From Promethearchaeota archaeon (GTDB lineage: Archaea; Asgardarchaeota; Lokiarchaeia; Sigyniarchaeales; SOKP01): a stretch of 51,340 bases of DNA. Each line of letters begins with the position of its first letter. The stretch's first letter is position 1. Under the pieces are notes generated by a model. That model ran no database searches, was not told the DNA's origin, and saw only the letters and a list, made by a program, of their open reading frames with translations. Location: NCBI GenBank assembly GCA_016840545.1, contig JAEOSD010000002.1:1-51340 (forward strand), read 5' to 3'. A program made the position numbers and the translations under genes. Of this stretch, positions 9,810 to 19,814 are shown piece after piece.

Positions 9810-10250
9810 ATGAAAATAACCAAACTACAGTTGAAATATTTTTGTTTGATAGTTATAGTATTAAATTTAGTCAGTGCTATTTTAGGAGTACTTTATTATG
9901 CATTATCTACAACAACATTGTTTTGGTTATGGAATTTACAAGGTATTATTATGTTTATTTCTTGGATTCTAAATTCGTTGCTCGTATTTATCAATGATCG
10001 AATTCTTATGAAATCGGACAATATGGGTAAAAAGATTAACTTACTTAGTTATGGATTTTTAGCATTCATAATTTTTGCCATGTTTTTCTTTACTATCCAC
10101 AGTTTAACAACATCATTTATAGATCCCCCAATGATAATAACCTATGTTTTGGCATTTTTGGCATTAATAGGAATTGCAATTTTTGGTATATTATTGGCTT
10201 ATCTTGATATTAGAAACTTAGAAAATCGAGGTGTATTGAAAGTTGAATAA
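9810..10250 (+). CDS. small membrane protein (about 4 TM)
   Basis: The hydrophobic segments pattern as four TM helices. The stop overlaps the start of the next gene. Confidence 0.45.
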   Translation: MKITKLQLKYFCLIVIVLNLVSAILGVLYYALSTTTLFWLWNLQGIIMFISWILNSLLVFINDRILMKSDNMGKKINLLSYGFLAFIIFAMFFFTIHSLTTSFIDPPMIITYVLAFLALIGIAIFGILLAYLDIRNLENRGVLKVE

Positions 10251-11550
10251 AATGCGGATTGTAAAAATAGTGTTAAGGATATTTTGTATAGCTATTTTTA
10301 TATTTGGGTTTTATTTGACTTATATATTGTTTACAGGGGGATTTGATTCGTTTTCAATGTTAATTGCAGTTATAGTACAACAGATTTTAGTATATCAAAT
10401 TTTTATTTTTCTTGCAACTACTATATTGTTTTTAAAATTGATTAATAAAGAGAGAAGGCGTAAAATATATTATGCCGTAGCAATAACTGGGCTTTCACTT
10501 ACAATTATTATGAGTTTACCTCTTATAGTAACTCCAATATCTATTTCTAATGCGAATTCAGAATTTATTGCGGCTTATGGTGAAAACTGGGAAGCGCAAA
10601 TTCCTGAGGAGGTAAAGAAGAATTATTTCTTAACATCCCCATTTGCCTTTGGAGCTGCTTTTCTCGGATGGCCTCTTGCTGAGTGTTTAGTAGAAAAAGA
10701 TATTGAATATTATAATGATGGGGAGATCAGACTTCTCTTTGATGTTTATATGCCGAAAGAACCTACCCCGAATCTTCCTGGAAATAGGAGTATTATTATA
10801 ATGATTCATGGCGGAGGATGGGCAACTGGGGATCGCGGACAAGGGTTACCCATAATGAAATATCTTGCGGCTCAAGGATACATTATTTTCGATATTCAAT
10901 ACGGACTAATTGATATCCCTGAATTAAAGGAATATTTTGCTCTTGCGGGCTATGATGAGCATAATGTTGGTGAGAATGTTACGGTTGTGGATCAAGTTCA
11001 ACATATTGGAAATTTTACTAAAAAATTGTCCTCTGAATATGCGAGTACCTATAATGCAAATCTTAACAGCGTTTTTATTATGGGAGGATCTGCTGGAGGT
11101 CATCTAACGGGAGTTGTAGGTTTTGGATATAATGAGGGAGAAGGGATATATGCTGAATATTTTAACAATACATTTGCAAATAATTTAACTATAAAAGCAA
11201 TCGTACCGCTTTATCCTGCAAATTCCATGAGAGAGGTTGCTGAGGGGTTAGGGGAGAAACTTTTAGGCGTCCCTTATAATTCTTCGTCTAACGTTTTTGA
11301 AGCCTTTACCCCTTCTGAATTAGTAGATGCAAATGATCCGCCAGCTCTTATTTTCCAAGGTATGTCTGACACCTTTGTTCGTCCTTATATGTCAGCAGAG
11401 ATTGAGACGGCTATGGATGCAGCAGGCGTAAAGTGTTGCAGGATACTATTTCCGTTTGCTGGACATGCAAATGAAATGGTGCTTAATAATCCCCATGGGC
11501 AGGTGTGGTTATACTATTTAGAACGATTCCTATATCTAAATCAATTATAG
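10243..11550 (+). CDS. membrane-anchored alpha/beta hydrolase (HSL/Abhydrolase_3-like esterase)
   Basis: N-terminal TM helices, oxyanion motif IHGGGWATGD and nucleophile GGSAGGH. The start could instead be the ATG at 10252. Confidence 0.7.
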   Translation: MNKMRIVKIVLRIFCIAIFIFGFYLTYILFTGGFDSFSMLIAVIVQQILVYQIFIFLATTILFLKLINKERRRKIYYAVAITGLSLTIIMSLPLIVTPISISNANSEFIAAYGENWEAQIPEEVKKNYFLTSPFAFGAAFLGWPLAECLVEKDIEYYNDGEIRLLFDVYMPKEPTPNLPGNRSIIIMIHGGGWATGDRGQGLPIMKYLAAQGYIIFDIQYGLIDIPELKEYFALAGYDEHNVGENVTVVDQVQHIGNFTKKLSSEYASTYNANLNSVFIMGGSAGGHLTGVVGFGYNEGEGIYAEYFNNTFANNLTIKAIVPLYPANSMREVAEGLGEKLLGVPYNSSSNVFEAFTPSELVDANDPPALIFQGMSDTFVRPYMSAEIETAMDAAGVKCCRILFPFAGHANEMVLNNPHGQVWLYYLERFLYLNQL

Positions 11551-11586
11551 TTCAATATTTTAAACTAATTAGCTAAATTTGAAAAA

Positions 11587-12513
11587 TTGTTGATATTGAA
11601 GAAAATCCTAAACGATATCTATTATATTGAATCTTGTAATGACGCTGCTTTCGATAGTGTTAAATATATAATTGATACAAAAAGTAGTGATGGATTGATA
11701 TTAATTGATCCGGGTCTTTATATCAAATTTATTCAAGAAATTGAAAAAAGTGGTTTTTCTCCTAAGGATTTTAAACATTGCCTTATCACCCACGGTCATT
11801 TAGATCATTATGGTGCTTGTTATGAACTTAAACAGTTTAATGAGAATATCAGATTCTATGCACATGAACTAGATGCTGAAAAAATTGAGCAAAAACTAGA
11901 ACGGGAATTTATTGAAGAAGTATATCCGGGATATGATTATACTCCTATCAAAATATCAAATAAAATTGAAGGAAATAATGAGATCTTAATTTTTGGGGAC
12001 TATAAGTTAAAGTGTATTCATACACCGGGACATTCGCCTGGAGCTGTCGCATACTTCTTAGAAAGGGGTAACACAAAAATTTTATTCGGTGGGGATATTG
12101 GGGGTTGGTCATTAAAGATTAATGATGGTAATATAGATGATTATCTTAACTCAATGCAAAAATTACTAGATTTAAATGCTGATATTTTATGCGATGGCCA
12201 TGAAGGAGCGATAAAATCGGCGAAAGAAGTATCAGCTTATATTCAGGATTTAATGAAGCTCAACCAATTATCTCATATAGCGATAGAAAAAGATCAATCT
12301 AATATTAAAGCCTGGTATGAATTAACTTTACACACCTATGAAATGGGTGAGTATAATTATGCATTTGATTTCTGTAATCATTTATTAGAGATCGATCCTG
12401 ATAATAGTAATGCTCATCGCTTATTTAAAAAGATTAAGACGCAGAATCCAGTTAAAATTGATTTTATAAAAGAAATTCTTGAAAAAGTTTCTAAAGCTAA
12501 CAAGCAAAAATAA
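11587..12513 (+). CDS. MBL-fold metallo-hydrolase with C-terminal TPR-like helix pair
   Basis: HGHLDHYG (HxHxDH), a later HTPGHSPG, a DGH motif and a helical C-terminus. TTG start. Confidence 0.8.
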   Translation: MLILKKILNDIYYIESCNDAAFDSVKYIIDTKSSDGLILIDPGLYIKFIQEIEKSGFSPKDFKHCLITHGHLDHYGACYELKQFNENIRFYAHELDAEKIEQKLEREFIEEVYPGYDYTPIKISNKIEGNNEILIFGDYKLKCIHTPGHSPGAVAYFLERGNTKILFGGDIGGWSLKINDGNIDDYLNSMQKLLDLNADILCDGHEGAIKSAKEVSAYIQDLMKLNQLSHIAIEKDQSNIKAWYELTLHTYEMGEYNYAFDFCNHLLEIDPDNSNAHRLFKKIKTQNPVKIDFIKEILEKVSKANKQK

Positions 12514-12536
12514 TTTTTAAAAAAAAAATAAATTTT

Positions 12537-13898
12537 CTATACATGTTTTTGAAGGCCTATAATTCTCTTTTCCATTTTTTTAATTTTAGATTCGTTTCCA
12601 TAAAATTCTATAATTTTTAACGCTTGTTTGAAATTGCTAATAGCATTTATGTAGTCTTTCTTCTTCTCTGCTTTTTCTCCTGCTTCTACAGCATAATCAA
12701 GTTCAATGTTTTTTACTTTTTTATCAAGTTCTAGAACCATAAATGAGATTCTGCCGATATCGAGCTTAAAATCAAACCCTGTTGCTAAAAAAAGAGCCTT
12801 CTCATACTCCTTTTGTGCTTCTTTATATGCTAAAGCTCTTTCTGTGGTCTCTCCTTTTTTAATAAAAGTCTCCATTAATTTTCTGGCTTCTTCTTCGCTC
12901 ATAGTATTAGCTTTTCCTTTTAGTTCATTCACTGCATTATCATTTGCAATTATTGGAGAAATTAATTCATTATTTGCGATTCTAATTGCGCGTAATTCGT
13001 GGAACTTTTTAATTTCATTTGAGGCAGTTTCAATATTTGTTGGAATAATTACCTTACTTATTAAAAGCTGATAAATTTCATAAAGTATAATACTTGGATC
13101 AATATTGACTATTTTTTGCATTTTATTTAGGAGATTGTTGATAAAAAAGACTTGTCTCGAAGCTAAAATTTCTTTTGCAAAATCTACTATAGCTTTTTGA
13201 ATATGATTTTTACTAATCTTTTCTAAAACATTAGGTAAAACTGTATGAGTAAGAACCATTGGGAATACTAATTTTATATTAAAAGTGTCAATGATAAAAT
13301 CAATCGTATCATCAAATTCAAGTACACCTATTTTTATAAGCTTTTGGAGTTTCTCTTGATATCTTGTTTCATAATCGTTTAAAAATTCACTTACCAGCTT
13401 TTTTAGACTGTTAGAAGCTTTTCTATCTAATACTAAACATAATCTAATCAAATTGTCGTTTTTTAACAGAATATTAAATGTCTCATATTGGAATTCATAA
13501 AATTTATGATTTAATACTTGAGTAGTGCTACCTTTTGAGGCTTTTCCCGATTCTGAAAAAGTGATATTTGCTTGAATGAACCCTGTTAAAAATCCAACAT
13601 CTACTCCTGCTCCGGAAATCGGATAATCCACTATAGGTAATCCGGTATCTTTAGTCATCAATAAAATATGTTTAATATTTAAAACATCTAAAAATTTTTG
13701 CCAGATTAAATCTCGAAACATCTGATTTCTTTTTTCTTCAGAATCAATTACGTTAATTCTTATATTTTGACTAACATCAAACCCAAATTTAACAAATTGA
13801 GCTTTAATGCATTCTGTGCATCCATCTGGATATCTATTACATTCCTTTTTATCTATTCCGCAGTTAAATCCTACTCGACTAACCTGAAAATATACCAT
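12537..13898 (-). CDS. Cys-rich N-terminus plus roadblock/longin-like domain plus helical/winged-helix and TPR-like C-terminus; function unknown
   Basis: The segment HILLMTKDTGLPIVDYPISGAGVDVGFLTGFIQANITF ... FNILLKNDNLIRLCLVLDRKAS has the alternating pattern of roadblock/LC7/longin folds. The C-terminal part is helical (ALAYKEAQKEYEKALF). Assignment is by eye only. Confidence 0.4.
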   Translation of the reverse strand: MVYFQVSRVGFNCGIDKKECNRYPDGCTECIKAQFVKFGFDVSQNIRINVIDSEEKRNQMFRDLIWQKFLDVLNIKHILLMTKDTGLPIVDYPISGAGVDVGFLTGFIQANITFSESGKASKGSTTQVLNHKFYEFQYETFNILLKNDNLIRLCLVLDRKASNSLKKLVSEFLNDYETRYQEKLQKLIKIGVLEFDDTIDFIIDTFNIKLVFPMVLTHTVLPNVLEKISKNHIQKAIVDFAKEILASRQVFFINNLLNKMQKIVNIDPSIILYEIYQLLISKVIIPTNIETASNEIKKFHELRAIRIANNELISPIIANDNAVNELKGKANTMSEEEARKLMETFIKKGETTERALAYKEAQKEYEKALFLATGFDFKLDIGRISFMVLELDKKVKNIELDYAVEAGEKAEKKKDYINAISNFKQALKIIEFYGNESKIKKMEKRIIGLQKHV

Positions 13899-14104
13899 AA
13901 AAATTTCAAATTAATTAATATCCTCATTAAACATAAGATTAATTTGAAATTTATAAAATTATCAAAATCTCCTAGAATCTGTGATGTTGTAACGAAAGTT
14001 AATATTCAAAAACTAACTTAAAATATAAAGACTTAAAATAAAAATACATATTATTCATTTATTCAAGTTTATTTTGACATAAATTATAAAAGCAAGTAAT
14101 TGAA

Positions 14105-14500
14105 ATGACAGAAGAAGAGCTTAGGGATCAAATTAATAAAATAGCAAGTAAAATAATGGAAGTAGAAGAGGGAGCGAAAAAGAAAGAGACTTATATAAAA
14201 AATAAAATTGATGAAAAATTTAATAATAAAATTAGTGAGAATGAATCAAAGCTCCAAGTTGGACAAAATAGGTTAGATGAACTTAATAAAAATATTAATA
14301 AATTGAACCTAGAGAAGAAAAAGTTAAATTCGTTTATTAGCGACTTAAAAAAGCAATGTAATTCATTGAAGAAAGATAAAGCGGGAATTTTAAAGAAAGA
14401 ATTTAGGTCAATTACTAAAGAAAAGGATAATAAGATGAAAGATATCAATAGAGAGATTAAGCTATTAGAAAAACAGTTGAAAGAGAAAGAAAAATTATAA
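14105..14500 (+). CDS. coiled-coil protein
   Basis: 131 aa, Lys/Glu/Asn-rich with heptad-like periodicity throughout. No other domain. Confidence 0.45.
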   Translation: MTEEELRDQINKIASKIMEVEEGAKKKETYIKNKIDEKFNNKISENESKLQVGQNRLDELNKNINKLNLEKKKLNSFISDLKKQCNSLKKDKAGILKKEFRSITKEKDNKMKDINREIKLLEKQLKEKEKL

Positions 14501-14525
14501 ATATTTCTGTTCAGAGGTTTTAATA

Positions 14526-15380
14526 TCAAATAACTTGTTTTTCAGAAAAAACTTTTTCCAGAAACTTATGAAACTCTTTTGTATTTCTTTCTAAAATATT
14601 ATTATCCTTAATTTGATTATTCTTTAAGTATTTTTTGATTAATCTATTCTTTAGACTTATTAAACCGGCAATTGTTTTAACTTCCTTTTTAATTTGTATT
14701 TTAAAGGGGGGTTTTCTTCTTCCACCAATATCTGGTATAAAAACTAAATGATTTCTAAAAAGAGTGGTTAGCATTTTGTGGAAGTTATTATGAGGAAATT
14801 TTTCATTATACCAAACTTTTAAATCTTTAATTGGTACAGGTTTAATGCCTAGAAGTTCTAATATTTGTATTACATCATTTCTTTCTAATAATGAAATTAT
14901 ATTTTCTTCTTCAAGTTTACCCTGAATTTCATCGAGAACCGCCGAATTAAACTCTTTTATCCAGCTTTTAACTAATTGTATACTATATTTAATTTCTTTT
15001 TTGTAATTTTGATTGTATAAGTTTGTTCCTTCATAAAATGCTGCAAAGATTTCCTTTTTAGTTTTTAACCATTCTGAAAATTCAATACAGAGATTGAAAA
15101 CTGCTTTTTCAGTTTCAAGAGATGGTGGCTGATTAAAAATTATTGAAATCATTAGGAACTCTTTATTTCCACGAGCCCACATTGAATCAATTTCGAAATA
15201 ATAATTGAGGGTGTAAGATGAGTTAAAGGAGTGAGTAAAAAAACCTTCTGATATGACCTGATCCATTAAGTTTGCTATAACCGTAGCATTTTCTTCCTTC
15301 AATTTATGTTCCGGATAAGAATAAAAAACTGAAGGGCCCATTTTGCGATCAAAATATGAGAGAACTAATAGGATTTGCAT
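14526..15380 (-). CDS. longin/uDENN-like N-domain plus winged-helix-like C-domain protein; function unknown
   Basis: N-terminus ILLVLSYFDRKMGPSVFYSYPE ... FLMISIIFNQPPSLETEKAVFNL resembles longin/uDENN-type domains. C-terminal VIQILELLGIKPVPIKDL is wH-like. Assignment is by eye only. Confidence 0.4.
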   Translation of the reverse strand: MQILLVLSYFDRKMGPSVFYSYPEHKLKEENATVIANLMDQVISEGFFTHSFNSSYTLNYYFEIDSMWARGNKEFLMISIIFNQPPSLETEKAVFNLCIEFSEWLKTKKEIFAAFYEGTNLYNQNYKKEIKYSIQLVKSWIKEFNSAVLDEIQGKLEEENIISLLERNDVIQILELLGIKPVPIKDLKVWYNEKFPHNNFHKMLTTLFRNHLVFIPDIGGRRKPPFKIQIKKEVKTIAGLISLKNRLIKKYLKNNQIKDNNILERNTKEFHKFLEKVFSEKQVI

Positions 15381-15489
15381 TATTTGGTCTCAAAATTTGT
15401 TAATTCTTTTTATTAAGAACATCTGGTGCCCATTTAAAAATTAAAATAATATACAGATGAATATCTTAAGTAATCCTTCAATATTGACT

Positions 15490-16770
15490 TTATCTTTTAA
15501 CATTTCTAGAAAGGTAAATTAAAAATATTAATACTATAATCCCCAATAATGAAAGAAATAGAAACATAAAATAAATATTGATTTCAGCAACGTATCCGGC
15601 GATAATAGGTGTTACTCCAAAACCAATTCCTACTAAAATTTCATTTATAGTTGAGAATTTTGATGTACTTTTTGCTGTTCCATGTTCAAGCATAATTTTC
15701 ATCGAGGTTCCATGAATTAATCCGAAAAAAAGACCAGTTGACACACTTATTATTGATATAAACCAAATATCGTCAAAAAAGAGAATCAAGGTTGAAAATA
15801 AAATCACAAAAATTATACTTGTTAATGCAGATATCTTTCTATTATATATTTTCATAGAATTGATCCAGGTTAACCCTATTAGTTGAGTTGCTTGAATCCC
15901 AAATTGTACAAGATAAGTGGGAGTAGAGGTAATTGCTGAAGCTTTTAAAAAAATTTGATATGAAAAAAGAAAATTTGCTTTAGCGATTGCCAAAAAAATT
16001 ATTCCAATCCATGAGAATAGTATTGGATAAATAATCATTGGGGTGTTCTCTTTTATTTCTATATGAGAAATCGTAGAATCTACTTGAATTTGTGGCTCTT
16101 GATTTGATAAAGACACACTTATTTCTTTTTTTAAGAATAAACTAACCGGAATTAATAGAAATGAGATACCCCAAGAAGCGATCATGGCAAAATAATCATT
16201 CCAAACAAATGCCCAGGTATAACCTACAAGAAGCCCGAGAAGAAATCCAGAGTTCCATGAAAAGTTAAAATGTTTAAAATTTTTATTAGATTTCTCCATA
16301 TTACTTACCTTTTGCCATTTACTTAATAAATTAAAGCAATTTGGCCAAAAAACGCCCAATGATATTCCTGATAATATACGACACATGATTAAAAACCAAG
16401 GTTCAAAATATATTATTTGAGCTCCAGTTAGTATTGAAGTAAACACACAAGATAGTATAAGAGAAGTCCTAATTCCCAACTTTGAGGTAATAAATTGCCC
16501 CAATATGGGGGCAAAAATATATGCTATAGATCCAATAGAAGATATAACCCCTAAAGTACTCTCGCTAATAAGTATGACTCTATATAGATAGTTTTGAAGA
16601 GCCCGTTCAAAAATCGAAACATAAAATAAGCGAATAAACGAAAGCAAAAATAATGGCCAAACGCGATAATTACTTATTGAATTTTTAGTTTGATATTTAG
16701 AAAATTTCTTCGAGATTGGCACAATTTTATACCTTATTATTTTTAAAAGAAGAAATAATACGTTTCTCAT
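15490..16770 (-). CDS. MFS-type transporter
   Basis: About 12 hydrophobic helices in a 6+6 arrangement, with a motif-A-like loop GQFITSKLGIRTSL. Confidence 0.65.
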   Translation of the reverse strand: MRNVLFLLLKIIRYKIVPISKKFSKYQTKNSISNYRVWPLFLLSFIRLFYVSIFERALQNYLYRVILISESTLGVISSIGSIAYIFAPILGQFITSKLGIRTSLILSCVFTSILTGAQIIYFEPWFLIMCRILSGISLGVFWPNCFNLLSKWQKVSNMEKSNKNFKHFNFSWNSGFLLGLLVGYTWAFVWNDYFAMIASWGISFLLIPVSLFLKKEISVSLSNQEPQIQVDSTISHIEIKENTPMIIYPILFSWIGIIFLAIAKANFLFSYQIFLKASAITSTPTYLVQFGIQATQLIGLTWINSMKIYNRKISALTSIIFVILFSTLILFFDDIWFISIISVSTGLFFGLIHGTSMKIMLEHGTAKSTSKFSTINEILVGIGFGVTPIIAGYVAEINIYFMFLFLSLLGIIVLIFLIYLSRNVKR

Positions 16771-16791
16771 ATATTTTTTTAAAATTAGATC

Positions 16792-17556
16792 CTAACGATT
16801 CTCTTGAAAATATAATTGTTTTAGAGTGAGAAACTCGGCTTTTTTAGAAAGAGTGTTGTTGATAAAATTATGAATTTTGGTGTTAAATTTATCTCCTGTA
16901 TTTAACCAACGATCTGGTCTATAAGAAAGATTGAGAAATAAATTAAAACCGCTCATTTGATTGCGTAACACTTCTTTCATATTTATCCATTCTATAGGAT
17001 GAAAACATAAGATAATTACTTCCTTTTTAAACATCAATTTTAATAAAAAAGAATAATTTATACAAATTCTAAGAGATATATTATAATTCGAGGGAGGATA
17101 TTCTTGAATTCCATCATTATATTTTTGATAACATTTCACATTTTTCTGAGATTTAATTGATGAATCATATTTAAATCCCAAATTATTTAATACTTTGAAT
17201 AAATATTTTGGAGGATTTAAATATGGTGAACGAAACCCTATAATTTCTGAATTTTGGCATGTATTCTCTATTATTTTTTTATTTTGAGAAATTATTGCTT
17301 GGCATTTTTTAAACCCTAAATGGTTTAATCGTTCATGACTTAACCCATGACAAGCGATCTCATGACCCTTACGCTCAATTAATCTTATGTATTCTGGTAG
17401 ATATTTAGCAACATGTCCCGTACAAAAAAAAGTTGCATTAACATTAAAATTATCTAAAAGTTTTAATATTTTCAATAGGCCAACTTTTACCCCAAAAAAA
17501 GTATTTAAAATATTTGGAATATCCCTTTCAATATCAAAGGTCAATATAATTTTCAT
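16792..17556 (-). CDS. polysaccharide deacetylase (NodB-homology, CE4-like)
   Basis: TFDIERD (motif 1 acidic pair), CHGLSHE (His-His metal motif) and FRSPY. Confidence 0.75.
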   Translation of the reverse strand: MKIILTFDIERDIPNILNTFFGVKVGLLKILKLLDNFNVNATFFCTGHVAKYLPEYIRLIERKGHEIACHGLSHERLNHLGFKKCQAIISQNKKIIENTCQNSEIIGFRSPYLNPPKYLFKVLNNLGFKYDSSIKSQKNVKCYQKYNDGIQEYPPSNYNISLRICINYSFLLKLMFKKEVIILCFHPIEWINMKEVLRNQMSGFNLFLNLSYRPDRWLNTGDKFNTKIHNFINNTLSKKAEFLTLKQLYFQENR

Positions 17557-17734
17557 TATATACGTAAAATTTATAATTTTAGATTTGAAATATCAAACAT
17601 AAATTTGAGTTGAATGCTTATTCTATTTATAAACTCTGGATTTATAATTAAATTTTCTAGGAAATTATTTATAAAAATTATACTATAATTATATTAAATG
17701 AAATCCAGAAATTAAAAACTTAAAGTGAATTAAA

Positions 17735-18217
17735 ATGCCAATAATGGAAGGTTGGGAGGTTTCTCCCGATAGAATTGAGAAATATGAAAAAATGTTGGGT
17801 CAAGACGATGTAGGCGACCCGATAATTACTTCAAAATGTAGGCTTAGTAAAGAAAATGGTTTTTTAATAGTGACTGACAACGGATTTGCCTGGAGGATAC
17901 AGGTTACGTACATGAGAGGTTCATATATGTCTATGGGAAAAAGTAAGTGGGTAAGATGGCACGATGTAAATAACATTCAGCTACAAAAACCTGGCGTCAT
18001 AATATTATGGGTAAATAAACGAAAAAACACTGAATTAATAATTGATGGTAAGGGCAATCCCAAACAAAAGAAATGGAAACTAATATTACAGCAAAATAAG
18101 AATGAACCAAAGCCTCATTTTAGACAAAGACAGGCAGATTTCTTTAATATTTTCGCTGAAATCTATAACCGTAATAGAGTAGAAACAATTCCTTCTACGA
18201 GCGACTCAAGAATTTAA
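17735..18217 (+). CDS. hypothetical protein, possible PH/GRAM-like fold
   Basis: GFLIVTDNGFAWRIQ ... VRWHDVNNIQLQKPGVIILWV resembles bacterial PH/GRAM-like beta-sandwich patterns. Weak call. Confidence 0.35.
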   Translation: MPIMEGWEVSPDRIEKYEKMLGQDDVGDPIITSKCRLSKENGFLIVTDNGFAWRIQVTYMRGSYMSMGKSKWVRWHDVNNIQLQKPGVIILWVNKRKNTELIIDGKGNPKQKKWKLILQQNKNEPKPHFRQRQADFFNIFAEIYNRNRVETIPSTSDSRI

Positions 18218-18222
18218 ATTTT

Positions 18223-18267
18223 AGAGATTAAAATCTCTTTACTTTTTTTCTTTCATCTTTTTTTTTA
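18223..18267. terminator. hairpin plus oligo-T tracts between convergent genes
   Basis: AGAGAT-TAAA-ATCTCT inverted repeat (18223-18238), followed by T7 and T9 runs. Archaeal termination commonly uses oligo-T. Confidence 0.4.
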
Positions 18268-18333
18268 TACATAATTTTTTAGATAAGATTTTATTCTAGG
18301 GTATTATTTTGAAGGATTTGTAAAAGTCAAGCT

Positions 18334-19788
18334 TTATTCTTCCCTTTTTAACACTATTTTATGTGAAAATGGGTCATATTCAAGAGTATCTTTTTTAACG
18401 ATTCTTTTCTCAACTATATTTCTAAAAATTTTAAAGTAAAAGTTTTCGAATCCAACGATGAAAATCTCATTTTTCCACCTAAATTCTGCTATAGCTCTAA
18501 TTAACTTAAGAATTGGGATATTATTTTGTTCAAAAACTTTCTTACCCACGATGGCACTTGTAATTGAAATCATTTCAAGGAGATTCTTGTGTTTTAAATA
18601 ATTCTGTGCACGTTCTCTTCTAATTTTCGACCAGCTAAGGAGATTAGATGGAGCTTTGAATCCCATTTTTATAGCTTCATCATAAATTGGAGTTTTAGGA
18701 TAGGGAAAGAGTACTTTTATTGAAAATTCGCAATCAGGGTTGATCTCTTTAACTTTTTTTGCTAAAAATATGGTTTTTTTTATATCACGTTTAGTTTCAC
18801 CTGGCACACCAATCATCCAACTATAATCTGCAAATAGATCTAGGTCTTTTGTAATTCTAGCACTTTTAACTATGTCTTTTATTAAAATTCTTTTATTTAA
18901 GATATTCAATACTCGTTGAGAGCCAGATTCTACCCCAAAATATAGTTGATGGCAGCCATGTTCTTTTGCTTCTTTAGCTAATGAAGGATTTAAGTGGTCA
19001 ACACGTAATTCTGCTTTCCATATGATATCTCTCTTTTTAAAGTAATTAAAAAGAGCTTTAATCCGTTCTAATTGTGCGAAAAAATAATCATCATAGAAAT
19101 TAATTTTTTTAACACCCAAATCTAGGCATTTATCAAGTTCTTCAATGCATTTCTCGGCGGTCCATCCTCTCCATACATTTTGAAATAGAGTATTATAACA
19201 AAAAGCGCATCCGAACGGACAACCACGACTAGTTATCATGTTGAAATTTCCATTTCTTATATAATGCTTTGGATTTATCAACTCCCAAGGAATACTCAAC
19301 TTATTTATTTCAGTGCTTTTTAATAGAGCAGAATTAGGATTATGATATACTTTTCTACCTTTTTTTATTGAAAGGCTCTTTATTTGGCTTTTTTTTTTTT
19401 CACTTACAAGTTCATAATAAGGTTTTTCACCTTCTCCCCTGATTACAAAATCAATTAAATTATTTTGAAGAGTCTGTGTTGGAAGAATGGTTGAATGTAT
19501 ACCACCCCATACAATTTTAACGTTATTAAATTGTTCTTTGATGGCTTCGCACACTTTCAAAGCATGATAAATCTGTGGTCCAGTCATTACAGAGACGCCA
19601 ATGTATTTTGGCTCATTATTGGAAATGGTATTTATGACTTGGGAGTAAGAATCAAACCGTAAATCAAAGATTGCTACATCTACATTTCTTTTAATTAGGT
19701 AATCAGCAATAAATAAAATAGAATAAGGCGGGGTAGGAATTTGAGTTTCTGTAAATTGAAGTTGGGGATAAATTAATATTGTATTCAT
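18334..19788 (-). CDS. B12-binding-domain radical SAM enzyme (class B-like)
   Basis: N-terminal Rossmann-like B12-binding region (YIGVSVMTGPQ..KIVWGGIHST) followed by SRGCPFGCAFCYN (CxxxCxxC). Confidence 0.85.
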   Translation of the reverse strand: MNTILIYPQLQFTETQIPTPPYSILFIADYLIKRNVDVAIFDLRFDSYSQVINTISNNEPKYIGVSVMTGPQIYHALKVCEAIKEQFNNVKIVWGGIHSTILPTQTLQNNLIDFVIRGEGEKPYYELVSEKKKSQIKSLSIKKGRKVYHNPNSALLKSTEINKLSIPWELINPKHYIRNGNFNMITSRGCPFGCAFCYNTLFQNVWRGWTAEKCIEELDKCLDLGVKKINFYDDYFFAQLERIKALFNYFKKRDIIWKAELRVDHLNPSLAKEAKEHGCHQLYFGVESGSQRVLNILNKRILIKDIVKSARITKDLDLFADYSWMIGVPGETKRDIKKTIFLAKKVKEINPDCEFSIKVLFPYPKTPIYDEAIKMGFKAPSNLLSWSKIRRERAQNYLKHKNLLEMISITSAIVGKKVFEQNNIPILKLIRAIAEFRWKNEIFIVGFENFYFKIFRNIVEKRIVKKDTLEYDPFSHKIVLKREE

Positions 19789-19814
19789 CTATTATCAAAA
19801 TATAAGATTTAGTT

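Noticed and set aside
12706-14529. Antisense or alternate-frame ORFs 12706..13071 +, 13767..14021 + and 14191..14529 -
   Set aside because: These are mirror-frame products of Lys/Glu/Asn-rich genes, giving Phe/Leu/Ser/Ile-rich nonsense. Each overlaps a better-supported gene or an AT-rich spacer.
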